From the NCBI GenBank assembly GCA_013041995.1, contig JABDRA010000153.1:1-36959 (forward strand): 36,959 nucleotides of DNA, in the 5' to 3' direction. Made by a program: the position numbers and the translations under genes. Shown in pieces: positions 21,609 to 29,616 of the stretch (positions within the stretch are counted from its first letter, which is position 1; every line of letters begins with the position of its first letter). The stretch comes from Anderseniella sp. (GTDB taxonomy: Bacteria; Pseudomonadota; Alphaproteobacteria; Rhizobiales; Aestuariivirgaceae). A model generated the notes under the pieces. The model ran no database searches. It saw nothing but the letters and a program-made list of their open reading frames with translations, and was not told where the DNA came from.

Positions 21609-21679
21609 GATGACTCAGCGACAACCCAACTGAGGGCACCGTAGCCGCGTGGGACGGTAACTCACGTTGAAAGGTCATC
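21609..21679 (+). ncRNA. Candidate cis-regulatory structured leader RNA (Moco/Tuco-riboswitch-like layout)
   Basis: Outer stem GATGACT (21609-15)/GGTCATC (21673-79) overlaps the RBS. Inner stems are CAG/CTG, ACCGT/ACGGT and TCA/TGA. Landmarks ACTC-AGC, AGGGC, CTCACGT and GAAAGG. Confidence 0.35.
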
Positions 21680-21682
21680 ATC

Positions 21683-23734
21683 ATGTCTACTCTAGGTACC
21701 CCTAAGCCTGACTGTCAGGCTCGTGAACGCAGTGCATCGGAGCGCCGCGGCGCTCTTGGAAATCTTGCTTCAGGCCGTGGTGACGGCGTGACCATGGCGA
21801 ATGGAGAAGAAACAGCCTATGGCGGCTTTTCGCTCAACTACACTAAGGCTTTGCCACACGATGCAAACGGCAATGTCCACGCGCCAAGCTATCAGGCTAT
21901 GGTTTCAGCGTTGACGATGAATGATGGCGGGGCGCTCGAGTCACTACCAGTCGGCAGCAATCGGTCAGCCCCATCGGCATCAGCTGCCACCGACATCAAT
22001 CCTCGCCAATACACAACTATCCAGGGCGAGAGCAATCCGCGCGGTTATCGCAAGTTGACCAGTCCACTGACCGGCCACGCTTACGACACTGAAGGCGCGG
22101 ATGCTGGATCGCTCGGGATTAGCGCTGTACCGCTGATCAAATCTGATGAGTTCGCCGCCGAAATGTCTGAACTTTATGGAATGGCACTGCTGCGCGACAT
22201 GCCGTTTACTGACATCGCCGATGGTGTCGGGGCGGCAGCTCAGGTAACGACCGAACTCAGCGGGATGCCGTTCTTCCAGACAGACTACCCGACGAACGAC
22301 ATGGCGACGCGGCGACGCTACAACACACGCGGGACCATTACGAATAACGCTGATCTGTTCAGGGGATCCACCAATGGTTCAAAGATCGGCCACTGGATGT
22401 CGCAATACTTGCTTGTCGGCAGCGATACGCGTTCAAAGGACGTTCAGGGCAACAGCCCCAGCCAAAACCCCTCGTATCGCGGTATAAATGCCGATGTGCG
22501 CCATGCGCACGGTTTCATTTATATGGGTACGCAAGTCATCGATCAGAGATGCACCGTAGCAAAGCCCGGGGCCGACTATCTGACTACATGGGCGTCTTGG
22601 CTGGATGCGCAAAACGGGGTCGACTTCAATAACCTCGACACCTTCAACCGCCGCCGCAGGTACCTTACTACCCCGCGCGATATCGCGACTTATGTACACT
22701 TTGATGCGCTTTATCAGGCTTATCATGTGGCCTGTTTGCTGATGTTGCACCCAGTGCATCCGATCACCGGGGCCCGCGGCTTCCAGTTTGACCGCGGGAT
22801 GCCCGAATCGCGAAGCCGAACACGGTCGGCGTTCGCGTCGTTCGGCGGGCCACACATCCTGACGCTTGTCACCGAAGTAGCCACTCGGGCCCTTAAGGCG
22901 GTCTGGCGCCAGAAATGGATGCATCATCGTCGCCTACGCCCGGAAGTCGCAGCCGCACTTATCACGCTTCATGCCAATGCGCCGATGCGGATCACGGACA
23001 CTGAGCTTCGCGACGCGATTGGAACGCTGGCCGCCAAAATTCCCCAACCACTGCTAGCCCAGATCGCGACGCACAACCAGGGCCAAACCAACAATGACAA
23101 GATCCTGGACAGCGTCTCGACTGGCCTACCCAGTATTGCCGCCAACAAGAACTTCCTGCTGCCAATGGCGTTTCCCGAAGGATCGCCTACTCATCCTGCC
23201 TACGGCGCCGGCCACGCCACTGTAGCCGGAGCATGCGTTACGGCACTTAAGGCATTCTTTGAGATGTTCGACGATAGCGGCAAGGAACTCATGTGGCCCT
23301 TGCAGCTCTATGTTCCTGATTGGCAGCAGGGCACAGGCGCGAGCGGTAATGAGGAAGAAGGAGGCGAACTGGTGCCTCTAGCTGATGGTGATATTTACGT
23401 CCCGGATGCTATCGCCGCCAATCCGTCTGCATCGCAACGCCGTGAACTCGTGACCATCCAAGGTGAACTTAACAAGCTCGCAATGAACATTTCCAACGCC
23501 CGCAACATCGCGGGTGTTCACTATTACACTGACTATTATGAATCCATCCGACTAGGGGAACGCATTGCAGTGTCCATCCTGGAAGAGCACCTGTCACTCT
23601 ATGAAGAGCCAGTCTCAATGAGCTTTACCAGCTATGATGGTGAGCAAATCCGGATCGCGTCAAACGGAGGAACGTCACGCGTCATCGTTGACGGATCGAC
23701 CAGTGCCGACTGGTACGACCGCTACGCAAGCTGA
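21683..23734 (+). CDS. Vanadium-dependent haloperoxidase (bromoperoxidase-type; PAP2 superfamily)
   Basis: All three vanadate-site motifs are present: QK411WMHHRRLR419PE, EGSPTH504PAYGAGH511A and R607NIAGVH613Y. Also RDIATYVHFDALYQAY, LVTEVATRALKAV and GELNKLA, as in Corallina/cyanobacterial VBPOs. RBS AAAGG. Confidence 0.93.
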   Translation: MSTLGTPKPDCQARERSASERRGALGNLASGRGDGVTMANGEETAYGGFSLNYTKALPHDANGNVHAPSYQAMVSALTMNDGGALESLPVGSNRSAPSASAATDINPRQYTTIQGESNPRGYRKLTSPLTGHAYDTEGADAGSLGISAVPLIKSDEFAAEMSELYGMALLRDMPFTDIADGVGAAAQVTTELSGMPFFQTDYPTNDMATRRRYNTRGTITNNADLFRGSTNGSKIGHWMSQYLLVGSDTRSKDVQGNSPSQNPSYRGINADVRHAHGFIYMGTQVIDQRCTVAKPGADYLTTWASWLDAQNGVDFNNLDTFNRRRRYLTTPRDIATYVHFDALYQAYHVACLLMLHPVHPITGARGFQFDRGMPESRSRTRSAFASFGGPHILTLVTEVATRALKAVWRQKWMHHRRLRPEVAAALITLHANAPMRITDTELRDAIGTLAAKIPQPLLAQIATHNQGQTNNDKILDSVSTGLPSIAANKNFLLPMAFPEGSPTHPAYGAGHATVAGACVTALKAFFEMFDDSGKELMWPLQLYVPDWQQGTGASGNEEEGGELVPLADGDIYVPDAIAANPSASQRRELVTIQGELNKLAMNISNARNIAGVHYYTDYYESIRLGERIAVSILEEHLSLYEEPVSMSFTSYDGEQIRIASNGGTSRVIVDGSTSADWYDRYAS

Positions 23735-23756
23735 ACTTGACTCCAGTCCTCCGTCC

Positions 23757-23782
23757 GGGCCCGTCGTGAAAACGGCGGGCCT
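23757..23782 (+). terminator. GC-rich hairpin downstream of the haloperoxidase
   Basis: GGGCCCGTCGT-GAAA-ACGGCGGGCCT: 11-bp stem with a GNRA loop and a weak U-tail. Confidence 0.65.
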
Positions 23783-23982
23783 TGACTGCATTGACCATAG
23801 TATCGACCGCTACAGCATGTTCAATAGGCGACAGCGCTCAGCGAACATGGCTTCAGCACCTTTTCATGATTGATGGCCGGCCTGCCATGTACGATTTGCG
23901 CTTGAAAGCCTACACTGTTGGCACAGTTTGCAATGCCCGCTCTTCGGACCTTCGCTCCTTTAGGAATTTAAAGGCTCCGACC

Positions 23983-24681
23983 CTAATTGCTGCCGGCACT
24001 TCGCCACAACGCCTTTTCGCCCAGGCCGGCAATCATCTGGTCGTGGGCATCGATTTCTGCCTGGCTTAACCGGCCGGGCAGCGGTGCCGGGCGGGCACTT
24101 ATCTGGATCTGTCCGACTTCGACTGTCTTTTCGACCTGATTGCTATCACTTGTCAGGCCCAACACGGTCTGGCGGCCGCCGATCAGTTCCATATAGACAT
24201 CGGCCAGCAGTTCCGAATCCAGCAATGCGCCGTGCTTGTCGCGCTTCGAATTGTCGATACTGTAGCGCCGGCACAGGGCATCAAGACTGTTCGGGCCCAT
24301 CGGATAGCGTTTTCGGGCAAGGGCGAGCGTATCGATCACCCGGTCCATTGAAAGCTGTTCGATGTCGATCCAGGAAAATTCGGCATTGAGGAATTTCATG
24401 TCAAACGGTGCATTGTGAATGATCAAAATGCCGTCATCGATGAATTTGAGAAAATCCTGCGCTATGTCCGCAAAGACCGGTTTGGACCCGAGAAATTCCT
24501 CTGACAGTCCATGCACATTAAAAGCCTCTTCAGGCATGTCACGCTGCGGATTGATGTACTGGTGATAGACAGTGCCGGTCGGGATATGATTGAGAAGTTC
24601 GACGGCTCCAATCTCCACGATGCGATGACCGGTAAACGGATCAAGGCCTGTGGTTTCGGTATCCATCACGATTTCACGCAT
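23983..24681 (-). CDS. dnaQ: DNA polymerase III epsilon subunit
   Basis: MREIVMDTETTG, HNAPFD and HGALLDSELLA motifs, plus the clamp-binding-like GGRQTVLGL. Confidence 0.98.
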   Translation of the reverse strand: MREIVMDTETTGLDPFTGHRIVEIGAVELLNHIPTGTVYHQYINPQRDMPEEAFNVHGLSEEFLGSKPVFADIAQDFLKFIDDGILIIHNAPFDMKFLNAEFSWIDIEQLSMDRVIDTLALARKRYPMGPNSLDALCRRYSIDNSKRDKHGALLDSELLADVYMELIGGRQTVLGLTSDSNQVEKTVEVGQIQISARPAPLPGRLSQAEIDAHDQMIAGLGEKALWRSAGSN

Positions 24682-25300
24682 GTCCAAGATCCCCGGCAAG
24701 TGACTGAAGCTCGCTTACAATAGCAAGAACCTGTGCCTGTGTGTCAGCTATCGGTACAGCTGTGGAAATCACATGACTGGCTGCAGCGCGTTTTTCCTCG
24801 TCAGGGATCTGCCTTGCCAGTATGGCTTCAAACTTTTCTTCGCTCATGCCGGGCCTGGCCAATGCGCGCGCGCGCTGGACTTCATAGGGCGCTGAAACCA
24901 CCAATACCGCATCAAATTCTGCCGCGCGCCCGGTTTCAAACAACAAGGGTATGTCGAACACCGCGATACTGCTGTCAGACGATTTTACCGAGTCCAGGAA
25001 CGCTGCCTGCTCGCGGCGGACCAGCGGGTGGACAATCGCTTCCAGTTTTTTCATCGCTTGTGTATCGTTCAGCACCTGCTTTGAAAGTGCCGCGCGATCA
25101 ATTTCACCATTCTTGACAACTGTCGGAAACAGCCGGCCCACGGGCTCGACCGCCTTGCCATTTTTGGCATAGAGCTGATGCACGACGGCATCGGCATCAA
25201 AAACCGCAACGCCTGCTTCACGCAACATCGCCGCAACTGTCGATTTACCCATGGCGATGGATCCGGTAAGCGCTGCCTTTAGAACAGATCCATCAGCCAT
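24674..25300 (-). CDS. coaE: Dephospho-CoA kinase
   Basis: LTGSIAMGKST, DADAVVH, LEAIVHPLV and DIPLLFE motifs. Start at ATG 25300, overlapping the aroE stop. Confidence 0.97.
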   Translation of the reverse strand: MADGSVLKAALTGSIAMGKSTVAAMLREAGVAVFDADAVVHQLYAKNGKAVEPVGRLFPTVVKNGEIDRAALSKQVLNDTQAMKKLEAIVHPLVRREQAAFLDSVKSSDSSIAVFDIPLLFETGRAAEFDAVLVVSAPYEVQRARALARPGMSEEKFEAILARQIPDEEKRAAASHVISTAVPIADTQAQVLAIVSELQSLAGDLGHA

Positions 25301-26141
25301 GAGACAGCAAGTCCTGTTCAACCAGTGCGCGCAATTCATCCGTGACCTGCGGCTCGATGCCAAACCACAACTTAAATCCCGGTACGGCCTGGTGCAACAA
25401 CATGCCAAGACCATCAACAACCGGGCGCCCGAGACTGCGGGCCTGGGCCAGCAACTCGGTTTCCAGCGGCGCGTAGACAATGTCACTGATAATGCAATCC
25501 GGTCTGGTATTTTCAAGCGGCAATACCAGAGGTTGCCGTCCAACCATGCCGAGCGAAGTCGTGTTGACAAGCAAATCCACCTGCCCGCTCATCGACTGCA
25601 CATCATCCCATGCCAATGGCTTGATTATATCTGCTTGAAGTCCGGCGATTTCGCGAGCCTTTGCCAATGTTCGATTGGCGATATAAATCACTGAGCAATC
25701 ACTTTGTACCAGCGCATCAGCGATACTCCGGGCAGCTCCACCGGCACCCAGGACAAGCACTCTGGCATTTTTCAGCGACAAGTCCGGATGGGTGTTTTTC
25801 AGGTGACTGATGTATCCGGCTCCATCGGTCGAAGTTCCTCTGAGCTGACCGTTGCGGCGGTAGATCGTGTTCACACTGCCAATAGCAGAAGCGGCATCGT
25901 CAATGGCATCAAGATATTGAATGACGGTTTGCTTGTACGGGGTCGTGACATTGCAGCCGGCTGATTTTCCATCGCGGATGGAGGACAGGAAGGCGGGCAG
26001 TTTTTCTACCGGCAAGTCGCAGATGCCGTACTCGGAGTCGACTCCATACTTGCTGATCCAGTGATTGTGGATGAGCGGTGAGCGGGAATAGGTAATGCTG
26101 TACCCCAAAATGCAGACGCCGTTGTTTGTATTCACATTCAT
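25293..26141 (-). CDS. aroE: Shikimate dehydrogenase
   Basis: SRSPLIHNHW, NVTTPYK, GAGGAAR, DIVYAP and GLGMLLHQA motifs. Confidence 0.96.
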   Translation of the reverse strand: MNVNTNNGVCILGYSITYSRSPLIHNHWISKYGVDSEYGICDLPVEKLPAFLSSIRDGKSAGCNVTTPYKQTVIQYLDAIDDAASAIGSVNTIYRRNGQLRGTSTDGAGYISHLKNTHPDLSLKNARVLVLGAGGAARSIADALVQSDCSVIYIANRTLAKAREIAGLQADIIKPLAWDDVQSMSGQVDLLVNTTSLGMVGRQPLVLPLENTRPDCIISDIVYAPLETELLAQARSLGRPVVDGLGMLLHQAVPGFKLWFGIEPQVTDELRALVEQDLLSHG

Positions 26142-26728
26142 TGCAAGTTGCTCTGGCTTTTGAGAAATTTAACAAGTGGGGTTAGCGGCATACCCATTAT
26201 GGTGAAATGAGAACCCTGGATATCTTCAAACAACCGAATGCCTTTGCTCTCAATCTGATAACAACCGACAGACCCCAGAATTGATGTCCCGGTATCGGCC
26301 AGATATCTGTCTATTTCCTTGGCAGTGAGTCGAAACATAGTCATGGCAGCAGTTTCTGAGGCTTGGAATACCGGTTGATTTGCCTGCCAGCAGGCAACAG
26401 CTGACATCAGAATATGTGTTTTTCCCTGCAGTTCGGCAAGCTGGTGTGCGGCCTGGGACAGGTCGTTCACCTTCGTGAAAACTTTCCCGTCGCAAATCAA
26501 CACCTGGTCTGATCCGATCACCAGATCAACAGGGTAATCAGTACTCACCGCCTTCGCTTTGGCATTCGCCAGCACAAGTGCCAGGTCATCGGCAGGCAAG
26601 CCGGCATCTAGATGCGCGGCTTTCAAGGCACGCTCATTGATATTGGCCACGGTTGCTTCAAACCGGTAACCTGCATTGCCCAGCATTTGCCGGCGTGCTG
26701 CACTATTTGATGCAAGGATCAGTTTCAT
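26138..26728 (-). CDS. maf: Maf-family nucleotide pyrophosphatase
   Basis: LILASNS..R..ML, LANAKA, GSDQ, SVGCYQIE and TIMGMPL motifs. Confidence 0.93.
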   Translation of the reverse strand: MKLILASNSAARRQMLGNAGYRFEATVANINERALKAAHLDAGLPADDLALVLANAKAKAVSTDYPVDLVIGSDQVLICDGKVFTKVNDLSQAAHQLAELQGKTHILMSAVACWQANQPVFQASETAAMTMFRLTAKEIDRYLADTGTSILGSVGCYQIESKGIRLFEDIQGSHFTIMGMPLTPLVKFLKSQSNLQ

Positions 26729-26751
26729 TGATCTTGGACCCGGACCCTCGT

Positions 26752-27585
26752 TCACGCGGATTTGGCATTCGGATCTGCCATGAGATTGATCACAGCAGCA
26801 GCGGTCTCTTCGATGGACCGGCGCGTTACATCAATAATCGGCCAGTTGTTTGCGCTGCATAATTTCCGCATTGCCAACAGCTCTTCTGTAATCGCCTTGC
26901 GATCCACATAGGATGTATCGCGGCCCTCGTTCAGCGTCAGCAGCCGATGCCGGCGAATTTGCGAAATACGATCGGCACTGGCAATCAACCCGACAATCAG
27001 CGGATGTTGCAGCTTGCTCAATCCAGGCGGCGTCGGGATGCCCGGCACAAGCGGTATGTTCGCTGTCTTGATGCCGCGATTAGCCAGATAGATACTGGTT
27101 GGCGTTTTGGACGACCGGCTTACGCCCAGCAAAACCACATCGGCCGATTCCAGATCCTGCGTCAACTGGCCGTCATCATGAGCCATGGTATAGTTCAGTG
27201 CATCGATCCTCTGGAAATATTCGGCATTGAGAACGTGCTGCCCGCCAATATGGGGTTTGGATTTTGCATTCAGGTAAGTGGCAAGGCTGGCAATCACCGG
27301 GTCAAGAATTGAAATGCACGGAATAGACAAGGCTTCACAGCGCTGTTCTATGTCTTCTTTCAGCTTGGCATCTGCAATCGTGTACAGCACGATGCCGGGT
27401 TGTTTTTCCACTTCGCCGATCATCCGGTCGAGCTGCTTGGATGTCCGGACCAGAGTGTAGATATGTTCAATAGGCTGATAGCCCGGATAATACGCTGTCG
27501 CCGCCCTGGCGACGGTGTTGAGGGTTTCACCGGTCGCGTCAGAAACCATATGCATATGGAAATATTGTTTGGCTGTGGTTTTCAT
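26752..27585 (-). CDS. Pyruvate,phosphate/water dikinase regulatory protein (PSRP/PDRP, DUF299)
   Basis: VSDATGET, HDDG, GVSRSSKTPTS.YLA.RG and DVTRRSIEETAA motifs. Confidence 0.96.
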   Translation of the reverse strand: MKTTAKQYFHMHMVSDATGETLNTVARAATAYYPGYQPIEHIYTLVRTSKQLDRMIGEVEKQPGIVLYTIADAKLKEDIEQRCEALSIPCISILDPVIASLATYLNAKSKPHIGGQHVLNAEYFQRIDALNYTMAHDDGQLTQDLESADVVLLGVSRSSKTPTSIYLANRGIKTANIPLVPGIPTPPGLSKLQHPLIVGLIASADRISQIRRHRLLTLNEGRDTSYVDRKAITEELLAMRKLCSANNWPIIDVTRRSIEETAAAVINLMADPNAKSA

Positions 27586-27965
27586 AAGCCGGGCATAGCG
27601 TGTTTATGAATTGTGGAAAAGAGCAAGCTGAATTCCTTATCGGTTTCTTTGATGCACATGCAGCATGTCTTGTTCAAGGTATGGCGCGCGATGGAAAGAA
27701 TCTTCAGCTGTTGATAATTGCGGGGATTGTCCCTAAGCATTGGGAATTATAGCGACCTGATTGTGGATTTCTTTTTCTTTTTGACTGTTTTTATCAATTA
27801 TATCAATAGGTTATGATAGCTGATAAGTCTGGAAAAGTTTGGATGAATTACGGGGATAAAATTACATCTGATTAAGCACTGTTGAAGAGAATTCATTTTT
27901 GCTATCCACAGCACAACAACATCAACACCTAAAGATATAGATTGTTTGAAAGAAGGATAAACAGA
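27586..27965. other. Probable chromosomal replication origin (oriC)
   Basis: AT-rich spacer between PSRP and hemE, the usual alphaproteobacterial origin locus. DnaA-box matches: TGTGGAAAA 27612-20, TGTTGATAA 27709-17, TGTGGATTT 27762-70, TCTGGAAAA 27828-36, CGGGGATAA 27851-59 and CTATCCACA 27902-10. Flanking operons point away from it, and parS lies about 6.5 kb away. Confidence 0.88.
27801..27813 (+). promoter_or_regulatory. IHF binding site in oriC
   Basis: TATCAA-TAGG-TTA is an exact match to WATCAANNNNTTR, with an upstream T-tract. Confidence 0.7.
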
Positions 27966-29015
27966 TTGAGCAAGCCCTTACTGGATACCCTTACTGGTTT
28001 GTCTCCATCCCGCCGCCCTATCTGGCTTATGAGACAGGCAGGACGCTATCTGCCGGAATATCGGGAAGTCAGGAAAACGGCAGGCGGGTTCCTGAATCTT
28101 TGTTATACACCGGAGCTTGCCTGTGAAGTCACTTTGCAACCGCTGCGCCGTTATGATCTGGATGCAGCTATCCTGTTTGCCGATATCCTGTTGATCCCCC
28201 AGGCAATGGGATGTGATCTGGACTTTCGTGAAGGTGAAGGACCTGTCCTGAGAAAGATCGGCTCTGTGTCGGATGTCGCTCAACTGGTGAGCGGTATTGA
28301 CGATCTCAACAAAACACTGTCACCGGTTTACGATGCGGTTTCTGCGATCAAGGCAAATCTTGATGATGACAAGACACTGATCGGATTTTGTGGCGCGCCC
28401 TGGACCGTGGCAACTTATATGATTGAAGGCGGTACATCAGTTGAACGTGCTGCGTCGCGGCTGGCAGCTTTTGCAGATGAGGCCTGGTTGAACGAGCTGA
28501 TCGACAAGCTGGTCGTTTCCTCCATTGAATATCTGTCATGCCAGGTTGAGGCCGGTGCCGAGGTTCTGCAGATATTTGATACCTGGTCGGGAGATTTGAG
28601 CGGTGATTTGCTGAAGCGGTACTGCTTCGCACCGATTGCGGCGATCCGGTCGGAACTGAAGAAGCGTTACCCGCATGTCCCGGTTATTGGTTTCGCCCGT
28701 GGTGTCGGGGTTTCGCAAACTGATTTTGTCGCGGCAAGTGGTGTTGACGGGGTCAGCATTGAATGGCCGGTTAATACAAAGTGGGCCAGGGACAACCTGA
28801 TCGAGCATTGCGTGGTACAGGGCAATCTTGATCCCCTGTCACTGATCGGTGGCGGGGCCGGCATGCTGAATGCGACGAGACTGATTTTGGAAGACCTGCC
28901 GATGGACAGGCATATCTTCAATCTTGGTCACGGGATCCGAAAGGAAACGCCGCCTGAGCATGTCAGTGACCTTGTTTCGTTTATTCGTGAATTTGACGGT
29001 GCGGGCAAGCGATGA
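27966..29015 (+). CDS. hemE: Uroporphyrinogen decarboxylase
   Basis: PIWLMRQAGRYLPEY, IGFCGAPWTVATY and IFNLGHG motifs. Probable TTG start at 27966 behind AAGGA. Confidence 0.98.
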   Translation: MSKPLLDTLTGLSPSRRPIWLMRQAGRYLPEYREVRKTAGGFLNLCYTPELACEVTLQPLRRYDLDAAILFADILLIPQAMGCDLDFREGEGPVLRKIGSVSDVAQLVSGIDDLNKTLSPVYDAVSAIKANLDDDKTLIGFCGAPWTVATYMIEGGTSVERAASRLAAFADEAWLNELIDKLVVSSIEYLSCQVEAGAEVLQIFDTWSGDLSGDLLKRYCFAPIAAIRSELKKRYPHVPVIGFARGVGVSQTDFVAASGVDGVSIEWPVNTKWARDNLIEHCVVQGNLDPLSLIGGGAGMLNATRLILEDLPMDRHIFNLGHGIRKETPPEHVSDLVSFIREFDGAGKR

Positions 29016-29446
29016 CCTATGAATGGGTCAAGGTTGTACACTTGCTGGCTGTCATTTCCTGGATGGCGGGTCTGCTGTATCTGCCACGGCTGATGGTTTA
29101 TCATGCCGATGCGGACACCGGCGGCGAGTTGTCCGAGACACTGAAGATCATGGAGCGTCGGCTGCTGAAAGCCATCATGACGCCAGCGATGATTGTGAGC
29201 TGGATTTTTGGCATCTGGCTTGGTGCGTTTCAGGGGCTGTGGAGCGAACTGCCGGTGTGGTTTGTGTTGAAAATCGTCATGGTGGTTGCAATGTCGGTGG
29301 CGCACTTCTGGCTGGCTGGTCAGGTCAAAATATTTGCCGCAGACAAGAACCTCAGGGCGGCCAAGATATTTCGCATTGCCAACGAAGTACCGACAGTGCT
29401 GATGATCGGTATTATCTGCGTGGTGGTCGTCAAACCGTTTCTGTAA
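29012..29446 (+). CDS. hemJ: Protoporphyrinogen oxidase HemJ
   Basis: HLLAVISWMAGLLYLPRLMVYH, MERRL and NEVPT...KPF motifs. Confidence 0.96.
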   Translation: MTYEWVKVVHLLAVISWMAGLLYLPRLMVYHADADTGGELSETLKIMERRLLKAIMTPAMIVSWIFGIWLGAFQGLWSELPVWFVLKIVMVVAMSVAHFWLAGQVKIFAADKNLRAAKIFRIANEVPTVLMIGIICVVVVKPFL

Positions 29447-29616
29447 AGCCGTTGTAATGTTTTTTGCTGTTTTCTAAAGTGACCGAAGCTGTTATATGTG
29501 AAGCGGTACGGCAACGCTTTTACAGACTGCCGACGCCTCCCCTATCTGGTAATCACTCAATCCGACATGTGAGCTGAGCGCCAATTTTCCTGATCACACA
29601 TATGGGTCGATAACCG

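Larger units (their letters stand above)
21091..23982. other. Accessory islet between secB and dnaQ
   Basis: Interrupts the usual convergent secB/dnaQ pair. Contains a gene remnant and a haloperoxidase, with many A/T-ending codons and five CTAG sites. No integrase or transposase. Confidence 0.75.

Noticed and set aside
21737-21760. Twin-arginine-like SERRGAL in the haloperoxidase N-terminus
   Set aside because: No hydrophobic h-region or cleavage site follows, so it is not a Tat signal.
21091-23982. Prophage or IS origin, or att direct repeats, for the islet
   Set aside because: No integrase, transposase, tRNA target or convincing flanking direct repeat could be seen.
23634-24069. Small ORFs 23634..23873 and 23782..24069
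   Set aside because: They overlap the haloperoxidase, its hairpin or dnaQ, and have no RBS or recognisable motif.
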